Shown: piece by piece, positions 39,719-49,179 of the stretch
Layout of the letters: each line of letters starts with the position of its first letter
Position numbering within the stretch: position 1 is the first letter of the stretch
NCBI GenBank assembly: GCA_964437665.1
Contig: CAYTHS010000005.1
Location: forward strand, 1-56,071
DNA: 56,071 nt
Direction: 5' to 3'
Source of the DNA: an uncultured Oscillospiraceae bacterium
Lineage (GTDB): Bacteria > Bacillota > Clostridia > Christensenellales > CAG-138
Position numbers and translations under genes: made by a program
Notes under the pieces: model-generated
Database searches by the model: none
What the model was told of the DNA's origin: nothing
The model's input: the letters and a program-made list of their open reading frames with translations, nothing else

Positions 39719-41494
39719 TTATTTAAGCAGTTCGTCCAGCTCGTCCACATACGCGGTGAACACGTCGAGCGAAGCCAGAATGCTTTCCTTCTCCGTGAGG
39801 TCCACTCCCGCGGCCTTGAGCTCCTCGATGGGGTAGTCGCTGCCGCCGCTCTGCAGGAACGTCAGGTAACGCTCCAGCGCGCCGTGGTGCAGGATATCGT
39901 CGGCCAGCTTGACCGCCGAGCAAAGACCGGTGGCGTACTGATAAACATAAAATGCGTTGTAGAAATGCGGCACGCGCATCCATTCAATGGCGATGTTGTC
40001 GTCCACGTGCGCGCCGTCGTAATAAAGCTCGTTCAGCGAACGGTACATTTCCGAAAGGCTCTCCACCGTGAGCGGCTCGCCCTGTTCCGCCATGCGGTGG
40101 GACTTGAGCTCAAACTCGGCGAACATGGTCTGCCGGAAGCATGTCGTGCGGAACGATTCGAGAAACTGCGTGATGTAATACGCGCGTTTCATCTTGTCCG
40201 TCTCGTTGGCCAGCAGATGATAGGTCATGAGCGTTTCGTTGACAGTGGAAGCGACCTCCGCAACCATGATGCGGTACTGCGACGTTTCATACGGCTGGGC
40301 GGCGTTGGAAAAATACGAATGCATCGCATGGCCGAGTTCGTGGCCAAGCGTGAACGCGTCGTCCAGCTTGCCCTGGAAGTTCAGCAGCACATACGGGTGC
40401 ACGCCGTACATGCCCGCGCAGAACGCGCCGCTGGTCTTGCCCGGCGTTTCGTAAACGTCGATCCAGTTTTCGGTGTACGCTTCTTCGAGCAGTTTCCCAT
40501 AGGGTGCGCCGAGCGGCGCGAGCGCTTCCTTGACCAGCGCCTTTGCGTCGCCGTACGGCATCGGGATGTCGCAGTCGGTAACGATCGGCACATACAGATC
40601 GTACATTTCCAGCTGGTCCACGCCAAGCACGCGCTTGCGGATTTCGAGATATTTTTTCAGCGTCGGCAGTTTTTCATGCACGGCTTCGATGAGCTGCTCA
40701 TACACCTGCACCGGCACGTTGTTGGAAAACAGCGCCGCTTCCAGCGCGCCGTCAAAGTTATGCGTGCGCGCGCGAAACACGTCCGATTTGACGGAGGTGG
40801 CGTAAGTCGCCGTGACCGTATTTTTCACGGTGCGGAACGCGTTGTAAAGCCCTTCATACGCCTCTTTACGCACGCGGCGGTCCGGGCTGACCAGAAACAT
40901 ACCGTAGGTTCCGTGCGTAAGCTTGACAGTCTCGCCGTTTTCGTCCGTGACCGTGCCATAGTCGAGGTCCACGTCCGAAAGCATGGTAAAGATGTTGTCC
41001 GCGCCGGAAAGCGCGTCTTCCGCCATGGCGAGCAGCCGCTCTTCCTGCGTGGAAAGCGTGTGCACGCGGCTGCGGTCGATATCGGACAGGCGGAACTGGA
41101 ACGGCGCAAAGCGCGACTGCGCCGACCACTCGCACAGCGTTTCTCCCGGAATACTCAAAATTTCCGGCCGCACAAACGAGGACGCAGCTTCCGCCGAAAC
41201 GTAGAGCTGGATCGCGCGGTCGGCCATGCCCTGGTAACGCACATTGCCGTTATCCTCGTCCTTTTTCAGGTGTGCATAGGAATACAGCTTTTCGACCAGA
41301 TAGCCAAGCCTGCTTTCGTCGCTGAGCGCGGCAAACAGCGCGTCCGCAGACGTATGCAGCTTGCCCGCGTGCGCCCCGAACGCCGCCGCAAGTTTCTGCG
41401 CGCCGGCGTAATCCGCCTCCCAGAGGTCTTCATTTTCGTAGATATCGCTCAAATCCCATTTCAGCGCAGCTTCGATTTGTTCCCTTGTTTTCAT
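39719..41494 (-). CDS. pepF: Oligoendopeptidase F (M3B)
   Basis: KWDLSDIY, WIDVYE.PGKTSGAF, HELGHAMH, AEVAS and PHFY.AFYVYQY; own RBS before MKTRE. Confidence 0.93.
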   Translation of the reverse strand: MKTREQIEAALKWDLSDIYENEDLWEADYAGAQKLAAAFGAHAGKLHTSADALFAALSDESRLGYLVEKLYSYAHLKKDEDNGNVRYQGMADRAIQLYVSAEAASSFVRPEILSIPGETLCEWSAQSRFAPFQFRLSDIDRSRVHTLSTQEERLLAMAEDALSGADNIFTMLSDVDLDYGTVTDENGETVKLTHGTYGMFLVSPDRRVRKEAYEGLYNAFRTVKNTVTATYATSVKSDVFRARTHNFDGALEAALFSNNVPVQVYEQLIEAVHEKLPTLKKYLEIRKRVLGVDQLEMYDLYVPIVTDCDIPMPYGDAKALVKEALAPLGAPYGKLLEEAYTENWIDVYETPGKTSGAFCAGMYGVHPYVLLNFQGKLDDAFTLGHELGHAMHSYFSNAAQPYETSQYRIMVAEVASTVNETLMTYHLLANETDKMKRAYYITQFLESFRTTCFRQTMFAEFELKSHRMAEQGEPLTVESLSEMYRSLNELYYDGAHVDDNIAIEWMRVPHFYNAFYVYQYATGLCSAVKLADDILHHGALERYLTFLQSGGSDYPIEELKAAGVDLTEKESILASLDVFTAYVDELDELLK

Positions 41495-42433
41495 CTGTAC
41501 TCTTCCCTTTCGTTGGTAGATTTTACTCTGTAATCCCGTTGAAGCGTAATACCATCGTCGTCCGTCCGCCCTCCCGCAGCACGCCGCCTCGTACGCCACC
41601 GTGTCCGCCGCGGCAAGCAGCAGAGAAAGCACAGGCGTCGTCAGCGCCACAAGAAACGCAAGCACCGCGTACCGTGAAAGCATCGTTTCCGTAACGCAAA
41701 GCGCGACCACCATCGTCAGCATCATAAACGCCAGCACGGCAAACGCCGTTATCATCCCAACAACATCCGTCGTATCCCTGCTTTGGCGGTAAAGCCGGAA
41801 CCCGCGTTTGAGCGCACGGAAACCACCGGCGTCTTCCTGCGCGGCCACCGCGAGCGCAAGTCCCAGCGGCGCGCGGCTCAGCCAGAACAGCATACCGCAG
41901 AGCATCCAAACGCCGATCTTAAGCCAGCCCCCGGCACTCGCAATCGTCTCAGCCGCCGCCGCAAGCAGCGCCGCAATCCCCGCCGCGATTCCGGCGGAAA
42001 CGATCCTGCACAGTAAAACAGCCCAGTATACGCCCTTTATGCGCAAAAACGCCCGGTGTGCGGAGGCCCCGATCGCACGTTCCGTACGCGAAACGCCGAA
42101 CGTCGCCAGCGCATACGCTTCATAGGAAGCGATCATCGCGCGCGGACGCAGATATGAAACATACAGTGCGGCAAGCAGAATAGACGGAACGCCGCAAAAA
42201 ATCAGCAGCGCGTCCGCTCGGTATCCGCCGCGTACGCTGCCGAACAGTTCCGGCTGCACGGCCGCCGCCGCAAGAAACGCGCCCGCCGTTGCGAGCACAA
42301 GCAGCGCAAGCCCCGATTGCAGATAGAAAAAGCGCAACATTGCGCCCAAACGCATGCAAAAAAGCTTCCCCACCATATGGACCAGCTCCCGCACGCCGAT
42401 ATTCGTTTCATTACGAGGTTGTTTTTGTTTCAT
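41495..42433 (-). CDS. Hydrophobic multi-pass membrane protein region with no stop before pepF (in frame)
   Basis: About 310 aa with about 6 TM segments starting at MKQKQ, continuous in frame with PepF in the 940 aa ORF. Confidence 0.6.
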
Positions 42434-42566
42434 CCGTTTCGTTTCCGCCCTGATGACGGTAGTATAACATATCCCTATGCTCCGAAGCGAGAAAACGCCG
42501 TTTTTTCCGCAAAAACCTTCTCTTACACGCAGCATCGGCACGCCGCCGCAGCCAGGAACGATACGC

Positions 42567-42615
42567 TTGACAAACGTGAAAAATGCGTTATACTATAGAT
42601 ACGAACGTGTGTTCG
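42567..42615 (+). promoter_or_regulatory. Sigma-A promoter plus LexA (Cheo/SOS) box of dinB
   Basis: TTGACA at 42567, TATACT at 42589, palindromic CGAAC-GTGT-GTTCG at 42602-42615. Confidence 0.85.
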
Positions 42616-42675
42616 CATCTCGGATTTCGGCAACGCCGAAGACGTTACCGTTCCATGCAAGGCAAGGTGAGTACG

Positions 42676-43956
42676 ATGAGCCGCCGGATTCTCCATTCGG
42701 ATTTCAACAGTTTCTACGCTTCCGTAGCGTGTTTTCTCGACCCCGCGCTTCGTTCGCACCCCGTCGCCGTGGCGGGCGATCCGCAGGCGCGGCATGGCAT
42801 CATTCTGGCCAAGAACGAGACAGCCAAGCACTTCGGCGTAAAAACGGGGGAAACGATCTGGCAGGCACGAAAGAAATGCCCTCTTCTCGTCACCGTTAAG
42901 CCGGACTTTGAAATGTATCAGAAGTTTGCCGCGCTCGGACGTGAAATTTACGGCGAATACTCCGACAGGGTGGAAGCCTTCGGGCTGGACGAAAGCTGGA
43001 TCGACGTCTCCTCCGCCGCGGACACCATAGAGGATGCGCGCCGCCTCGCGGAAACCATCCGCGCGCGTATCCTGCGCGAACTGGGCATCACCGTCTCCAT
43101 CGGTGTCGCAGACAACAAGATTTTCGCCAAGCTCGGCTCGGATATCAAAAAACCCAACGCCGTCACCGTCGTCTCGCCGGAAAATTATAAAACGGTCGCC
43201 TGGCCGCTGCCCGCCGGCGATTTGCTCTACGTCGGCCGCGCAACGCAGTCGAAACTGCGCGCTCTCGGCATTATGACCATCGGCGATCTCGCCGTCACGC
43301 CCGCTTCGTTCCTCAAAGCACAGTTTGGCAAATGCGGCGTCATGCTCCATGCGTTCGCCAACGGGCTGGACGCCGCGCCGGTGCTTTGCGCGCACGACCA
43401 GCCGCCGGTCAAATCCGTCGGCAACGGGATCACCACCCCGCGCGATCTGGTCGACAACGAGGACGTATACCTCACCATTTCCATGCTCGCCGAAAGCGTG
43501 GCCGCGCGCCTGCGCGAGCACGGTCTGCGGGCGCGTACGGCGGCGCTGTGCATCCGGGACGTGAACCTCTTCTCGTTTGTGCGGCAGACAAAGCTCGCAC
43601 GTCCGAGCAGCATCACCAGCGAGCTTGCCGGCGCCTGCATGCGGCTGTTTGTCGAAAATTACGAGTGGCCGGCGCATGTGCGGTCGCTGACCGTCTCGGC
43701 TTCGGACCTCGTGCCGGCAGCCACCCCCGAACAGCTTTCGCTCTTCGACGACGAAGCGCCCCGCCGCCGCGCCGAGGCTGCGGAATCCGCCGTGGACGAT
43801 ATCCGCCGCCGCTTCGGCTACCATGCAATCGGGCGCGCTATCTTTTTAAAGGACGCCAGCATTGGATTGCTCAATCCCAAGGACGACCACGTCGTCCATC
43901 CGGTTGGGTATCTGCAGAATAACACGATGGATCGTGTCATCGGGAGAACATCATGA
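42676..43956 (+). CDS. dinB: Y-family DNA polymerase IV
   Basis: ILHSDFNSFYAS, AK.FGVKTG, FGLDESWID, SIGVADNKIFAKL.SD.KKP and KSVGN. Confidence 0.92.
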   Translation: MSRRILHSDFNSFYASVACFLDPALRSHPVAVAGDPQARHGIILAKNETAKHFGVKTGETIWQARKKCPLLVTVKPDFEMYQKFAALGREIYGEYSDRVEAFGLDESWIDVSSAADTIEDARRLAETIRARILRELGITVSIGVADNKIFAKLGSDIKKPNAVTVVSPENYKTVAWPLPAGDLLYVGRATQSKLRALGIMTIGDLAVTPASFLKAQFGKCGVMLHAFANGLDAAPVLCAHDQPPVKSVGNGITTPRDLVDNEDVYLTISMLAESVAARLREHGLRARTAALCIRDVNLFSFVRQTKLARPSSITSELAGACMRLFVENYEWPAHVRSLTVSASDLVPAATPEQLSLFDDEAPRRRAEAAESAVDDIRRRFGYHAIGRAIFLKDASIGLLNPKDDHVVHPVGYLQNNTMDRVIGRTS

Positions 43957-44180
43957 AGACTTATGTCGCCGTGGAACTTACAATCGACGAAGCGGGCGTT
44001 ATGCACCCCCACCGGATCGTCTGGGAGGACGGACGCAAGTTTGAAATCACGTCCGTTTCGGACGTGCGGCGCGCGGCGAGCCTCAAAGCCGGCGGCTGCG
44101 GCCTCCGCTACACCTGCCGCATCGGCAGCAGGGACACATATTTGTATTACGAGGATCCGAAATGGTTTGTAGAAACATGA
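43953..44180 (+). CDS. Small beta-rich protein translationally coupled to dinB
   Basis: ATGA overlap; W.DGR.FEI..V.DVR.AASLKAGG.G.RY.C.I..WFVE pattern. Confidence 0.8.
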   Translation: MKTYVAVELTIDEAGVMHPHRIVWEDGRKFEITSVSDVRRAASLKAGGCGLRYTCRIGSRDTYLYYEDPKWFVET

Positions 44181-44329
44181 GTTTATTTTTTCCGAAGCTG
44201 GAGGTTTTCTTCTTTCTGACGGGAATACGAATCCGGAAAGCCCTTCTGGTTTGCCCGTCGGGACAAGCGGGCGTAAAAAAATAGCGCCCGCTTCCCGCGG
44301 CATGCGCCGCAGGCTGAAAACCGTCCCCG

Positions 44330-45010
44330 CTACTTCAAATAGGCGATCATCTCGGCAAGCGACGTAATATCCCAGTCCGCCTTTGGCTCGCTTTCACGGC
44401 AGATATGGAACGCCGTCATACCGAGGGCGCGCGCACCTCCGGCCTCCACGTCGTAATCGTCCACATAGAGGCTTTCCGACGCGCAGACGTCCAGCGCATC
44501 CAGCGCGGCCTGATACATGCGCGGGTCAGGCTTCATCGCTCCGACCTGGTCCGAACAGACATAGCAGTCGAAATACCCGCCAAGCCCCGCCGCTTCGACG
44601 GTCAGCCGCAGGGACGGAAACGTATCGCTGATCACGCCCATCCGGAACCCGCGCTCGCAAAACCACCGCAGCACGGATTCCGTTTCCGAATAAGGCGTAA
44701 TTCCTTTGAGCCAATATACCGAAAACAGTTCCCCTGCGCGCGCTTCAACCCACTCGTCGATTCCCTGCGAGCGCAGCAGAGCGGCAAAATATTCTTTCCA
44801 GAACGCAATCTCGTTTTCGACCGTCAGCAGCCGCCGGTCGGCCAACACCTGAAAAAACAAATCTTCCGGCGCGTCCAGCGGTCTGCCGGACCAGCGTTCG
44901 ACCATCTCGCGCCGCGCTTCGCGCACGCCCGGGTCGCTGTAAACCAGCGTACCGTCCCGATCAAAAAACACGGCGCGAAAGGTTTTTTCCGGATTATTTT
45001 TTAATAACAT
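44330..45010 (-). CDS. HAD-family hydrolase
   Basis: FFDRDGTL, VISD, KPDPRMY and YVDD. Confidence 0.88.
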   Translation of the reverse strand: MLLKNNPEKTFRAVFFDRDGTLVYSDPGVREARREMVERWSGRPLDAPEDLFFQVLADRRLLTVENEIAFWKEYFAALLRSQGIDEWVEARAGELFSVYWLKGITPYSETESVLRWFCERGFRMGVISDTFPSLRLTVEAAGLGGYFDCYVCSDQVGAMKPDPRMYQAALDALDVCASESLYVDDYDVEAGGARALGMTAFHICRESEPKADWDITSLAEMIAYLK

Positions 45011-45090
45011 AGAACCCTTTTTTTTTCATTTATTCTTTTTTCATTTCTCTTTCTTACAAAGAAAAGAAACAGAAAGAACTTTCTTTTCTT

Positions 45091-45249
45091 AGGTTGTGTT
45101 TCTAAAGTCTAGAAGATGCAGTTTTGCTGGACCGGCTTGCAGATTGAGGCGAAAAACGCAGGCGCAGTGGTGCTGCGGCGAGGCTTTTCAACAAAATATG
45201 CAAGTTGAGGCGGTGGAAATGCGCTTTTGTGATTTTAGAAACACACCCT
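45091..45249. mobile_element. MITE-like element (about 160 bp) with 19-bp terminal inverted repeats
   Basis: AGGTTGTGTTTCTAAAGTC versus reverse complement of GATTTTAGAAACACACCCT (17/19); TA at both boundaries. Confidence 0.7.
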
Positions 45250-45277
45250 AATATTCCCAAATACAACCGTAGAACCC

Positions 45278-46573
45278 TTACCGCAAAATCCGCAGTCCCT
45301 TGGGGATTTTGTTTTTCAGCACGCCGTTCACGGCTTTTCCCCAGCCGACGGAATGGCCGAACGCGGTAACCGCACTCCAGCCGGAAAGCGCCGGACCACA
45401 CGCGACCGTTTCTCCAGCGAGAAACCTCCCGAGCGTATCGCCGTCAAGCGCAATACTTCTTTGAAACCTGTCGGCGGGAAATGCCATGGCGAGCGCATGG
45501 CCAGGCACGAACCTGCGCGCGCGCACCTCGCCCGCGAACACGCCCGCGCGGAGGATACGCAATCCCCGCGTCTTTTGCGGCAGCCCTTCGGGCGGCAGGA
45601 AGACACGCCCGTCCGGCAGCGGCAGCACCTCCGGCGCTTCGCCGGAAAACGTCTCGCGGTAAAACGCTTCCCATTCGGGAACGCGAACCGCTTCCGGTTT
45701 CCCAAACAGCGGGGGAAGCGTCCCTGCGCGGGGTTCTCTCTCGAACGCCGCCATAAACTGCCCCTCGCCGGGGAATGTGTGCGGATACAGCCGCCGCATC
45801 TGTCCGCAACTGAAATCGCTGTGCCGCAGCAGGAACGCTTTCACCGTGTCCTCGTTTTCCTCCCGCGAAAACGTGCAGGTTGAATACACCAATCGGCCGC
45901 CGGGTTTGAGCATCTCCGCCGCGCTTTCCAATATCTGATGCTGGCGCGCCGCGCAAGCCGCCACGTGTGCCGCCGACCATTCGGAAACCGCTCTCCCGTC
46001 CTTTCGGAACATCCCCTCTCCCGAGCAAGGCGCATCCACCAGAACACGGTCAAACCACGCCGGCAGCAGCGCCGCCAGCGCATCCGGGTGCATGCAGGTA
46101 ACCATCGTGTTTCGCACGCCGAGCCGCTCAAGATTGCCGCAGAGCGTTTCCGCACGGGAGCGGACAGGCTCGTTTGCAACAAGCCCCCCTGTGTTTTTCA
46201 TCCGCGCGGCAAGCTGTGTCGTCTTGCCACCGGGGGCGGCGCACAGGTCCAGCACAGCCATGCCGGGCTGGACGTCCAGCAAATCCGCCGGCATTTGCGC
46301 GGAAGGTTCCTGCACATAGCAAAGCCCCGCCGCATGCAGCGGGTGCCGGCCGATCGCAGCATCGTCTCCAAAAAGAAAGCACTCCGGCGAAATGTCCGCC
46401 GGTTCAAGCGAAAAATCCGCCAGCGCACAGAATTCGTCCGCATTTATTTTCAGCGTATTGACGCGCAGCGCACGTTTCGGCGTGCGTTCCATTGCGGCGA
46501 GATAAGCGGCAAACGCGGCTTCGCCGAGCAGGCTGCGCATCCGTTTGAGATATGCTTCCGGTAATTCCCGCAT
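45278..46573 (-). CDS. rsmF: RsmF/RsmB-NOP rRNA m5C methyltransferase
   Basis: YVQEPSA, LDLCAAPGGKT, VDAPCSGEGMFRK, YSTCTF..ENE and C-terminal KN.IPKGLR. Confidence 0.9.
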   Translation of the reverse strand: MRELPEAYLKRMRSLLGEAAFAAYLAAMERTPKRALRVNTLKINADEFCALADFSLEPADISPECFLFGDDAAIGRHPLHAAGLCYVQEPSAQMPADLLDVQPGMAVLDLCAAPGGKTTQLAARMKNTGGLVANEPVRSRAETLCGNLERLGVRNTMVTCMHPDALAALLPAWFDRVLVDAPCSGEGMFRKDGRAVSEWSAAHVAACAARQHQILESAAEMLKPGGRLVYSTCTFSREENEDTVKAFLLRHSDFSCGQMRRLYPHTFPGEGQFMAAFEREPRAGTLPPLFGKPEAVRVPEWEAFYRETFSGEAPEVLPLPDGRVFLPPEGLPQKTRGLRILRAGVFAGEVRARRFVPGHALAMAFPADRFQRSIALDGDTLGRFLAGETVACGPALSGWSAVTAFGHSVGWGKAVNGVLKNKIPKGLRILR

Positions 46574-46647
46574 CCCTGCGCTCCCTTCCCGCCCAATACG
46601 CGCTGCAACAAAAAAACCGGCTCGGCCGCCGGAACGGTTTCTTTGTT

Positions 46648-47550
46648 TTATTCCGCGCCGAGCGCCTGCACGATTCTGTCGATCACTTCTTGATCGACGG
46701 AATCGTCAAATTTACGCGCAAACAGCATACCGGAAGCCGTCAGCGCATCGTAATCGTGCATCGTCAGCACACGCGGCGAACGCGCATTCTCCGGCCAGTC
46801 GATAAAACGCATGGTGGCGGCCGGTTCGTCGTTCCATCCCATAAAGAAACGATTCTGCATAAACGGAGAATTGGCCAGTATCGTCTGCAGCCATATTTCG
46901 TCCGCGCAGACGGAATGGCGGTAATAGTTTCGGTATTGCGGGGCGTGCGCCAGCGCATAGACGGCAAATGCGTGCGTAATGGAGAACCAGACGGCGCCTT
47001 TTTGGAACACGACATCGCAGTTTTTCAGCCGATTCACGCCCAAAAGGCGCTGCAGCCGAAGCCAGCCGGAAGCAACGTAATGGCACGCCCGCCGCCAAAC
47101 CGGCCTTGCAGGTATCGGCATATAATACAGCCCGATACGCTTTTTGAGCATCTTTTGATCAACCGTTTCCCGGTCGAACGCAACAAATTCGCTTCCCGCA
47201 TGCGCGCGGAAAAACGCGCGGATCTCACTTTGGGGCTTCAACGGCAAGTCCACGCCGGACAAAAAATGGTAATACGCGTGTTCCGTCCGCGCCGCAGCCT
47301 CCAGCAACGACACGATAACGTCGATAAACACCTCGGAACCCCAGTTCGCATCCATACGCGGCACGAAGGATATCGCCGCGTGTTTTACCTGCGCGCGAAG
47401 CATATCCGCCGAAATATCGTTTGCTTTGCGGTCGATATGAAGATACAAATCGTTCTGCACGTCGTCCAGCAAGCGAAGCAGCCTGCAGAGCTGTTCCGGC
47501 TTGTTGTGCGCGGCAATCAGATAGGCGTGCCGTCCGGCTGTGGTATTCAT
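46648..47550 (-). CDS. GT14 / core-2-I-branching beta-1,6-N-acetylglucosaminyltransferase-like protein
   Basis: HAYLIAAH, LHIDRK, WG, YYHFLSGVDLPLK, KG..WFSIT, CADE..LQT, RFIDW and LFARKFD. Confidence 0.85.
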   Translation of the reverse strand: MNTTAGRHAYLIAAHNKPEQLCRLLRLLDDVQNDLYLHIDRKANDISADMLRAQVKHAAISFVPRMDANWGSEVFIDVIVSLLEAAARTEHAYYHFLSGVDLPLKPQSEIRAFFRAHAGSEFVAFDRETVDQKMLKKRIGLYYMPIPARPVWRRACHYVASGWLRLQRLLGVNRLKNCDVVFQKGAVWFSITHAFAVYALAHAPQYRNYYRHSVCADEIWLQTILANSPFMQNRFFMGWNDEPAATMRFIDWPENARSPRVLTMHDYDALTASGMLFARKFDDSVDQEVIDRIVQALGAE

Positions 47551-47599
47551 CGAACCGGTCTCCTTCCCCGTCCGCCAAGTCATGCTTTACTCCGTCTTT

Positions 47600-49129
47600 T
47601 TAGCCTTCCGTATCGACCGAACCCTGATAGTGCGCGCGCAGGCCAAAGATCTGCTGCATCGCCAGATATCCTTCGTTTCCCTTGCACCAGAGGCTTTCGG
47701 CGTACTCCGGATTCGTCGGCGACGCTTTAAGAAGCGTGTCCGGCAGGGCGGCTTCGAGCTGGGCGACCTGATCCTCCGTAATATTCGTGCAGTTGATCCA
47801 GAGCCGCTCCAGATTCGTTAACGAAAGCAATGCGTCGATCTGCGATATTTCGTTGTTGCTGCAATTGAGGAACCGCAGCTTCGTCATCCCCTGAATCGGC
47901 GTTATATCTTCAATATAATTGTATTTGATTTCGAGAAATTCCAGCTCCGTCTGGGTTGCGATTGGTGAAATATCCACAATATCGCATAGCGAAACGACCA
48001 GGTATTTCAGTTTCGGCAGGTCCGCAATAAAATCGATGTTACCGATCTTCACACAATGCCCAACGTCCAGCGCGACAAGGTCGGTGCAGTACAATAGATT
48101 CTGGAGGCTTTCGTTCGTAATCGCGCCGTAAGAATAATTGTCCGAAACGAACTCACCCGCCCCGTCCGGAAATTTTCTCTTATTGCCCGTGCTGAACCCC
48201 TTGATGTCCGTGCGGATGACCCAGCCGCTCACACGTGTAAGCCAGACGAACTTCACGTTTGGATAGCGCTCCCGCATGGCGGCCATTTCCTCGTCGGTCG
48301 GGCCGCATCCGCACATATCGAGGCTGGTAAGCCCTGGCAGCAACACGAGTTTGTCGGAAAACGCCGCCGCATCCTCAACCGTGTAATCGCGCAGATCCAG
48401 ATCGGCCACATCCGAGCGGACGGTAAGATCGTCGAGCAGCCGTACGTTCCAAACGAACGTTGTCTGCGGATATCGCTCCACAAGCGCAAGTTGCTCATCC
48501 ACGGAAAAAACAGCGTTTTCATCCGTAACGACCTTTTGCAGGTCCGGGAAGCCCGCCAGTACGGCGCCAAGACCGGCCGCATCAATCTCCGTTCCGCTTA
48601 AATCCAGCAAAACGGCGTCCTGCGGATAGGTTTCCTCCCCGACGGCAACGTCCCACGAAAAACGGACCTGCGGATACCGCGTGCAAAGATCGTTCAGCGC
48701 CGCGTAGTCGTCGGTCTTTGAAAAGCGCACGTTTTCCAGATTTGCAAAAAATGTCAGCGCATCCGCCGTTTCCTCCGGCAGTCCGGAAATCGAAATCGAT
48801 TCGGAATCACTGTCGTAACGCTCGCTGCCAATCGGGACGCTCCAGCGGATATCGCATTCCGGCAGCGCCGCGGCGAGCGTTTCAAACGCCTCAACGGAAA
48901 TCGGGTTCCCTCGCAGGTCCAGCGAGGTCAGTTCCGTGCGTTCCAGCAAAGCCGAAACGTCGCTCAGGCCGGAATCGCGCATGTCAAGCGACACCGGTTC
49001 GGCTGTTGCGGAAAGCGCGTCTTTGTCCGCGTTCATACCGCATCCGGCAAGGCACATCAGCAACGCCAACCCACCGGTCACACAGAACAAACGCAACTGC
49101 CGGAAAAGTCCCCTGTTATTTTCTTGCAT
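47600..49129 (-). CDS. Leucine-rich-repeat lipoprotein
   Basis: Lipobox LAGC; LRR units (LTSLDLRGN, LKYLVVS, LRFLNCSNN, LERLWIN). Confidence 0.8.
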   Translation of the reverse strand: MQENNRGLFRQLRLFCVTGGLALLMCLAGCGMNADKDALSATAEPVSLDMRDSGLSDVSALLERTELTSLDLRGNPISVEAFETLAAALPECDIRWSVPIGSERYDSDSESISISGLPEETADALTFFANLENVRFSKTDDYAALNDLCTRYPQVRFSWDVAVGEETYPQDAVLLDLSGTEIDAAGLGAVLAGFPDLQKVVTDENAVFSVDEQLALVERYPQTTFVWNVRLLDDLTVRSDVADLDLRDYTVEDAAAFSDKLVLLPGLTSLDMCGCGPTDEEMAAMRERYPNVKFVWLTRVSGWVIRTDIKGFSTGNKRKFPDGAGEFVSDNYSYGAITNESLQNLLYCTDLVALDVGHCVKIGNIDFIADLPKLKYLVVSLCDIVDISPIATQTELEFLEIKYNYIEDITPIQGMTKLRFLNCSNNEISQIDALLSLTNLERLWINCTNITEDQVAQLEAALPDTLLKASPTNPEYAESLWCKGNEGYLAMQQIFGLRAHYQGSVDTEG

Positions 49130-49179
49130 TTTGAAACGCTCCTCCTTTTACTGCTTACGGCGTAACGCCGAACTTCCTG

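Noticed and set aside
39257-41533. 758-aa plus-strand ORF, and similar long antisense ORFs at 12053-13501, 31971-33236, 33995-35245 and 4894-6126
   Set aside because: These are shadows of well-supported genes on the opposite strand, expected with high GC codon bias, and show no recognisable motifs.
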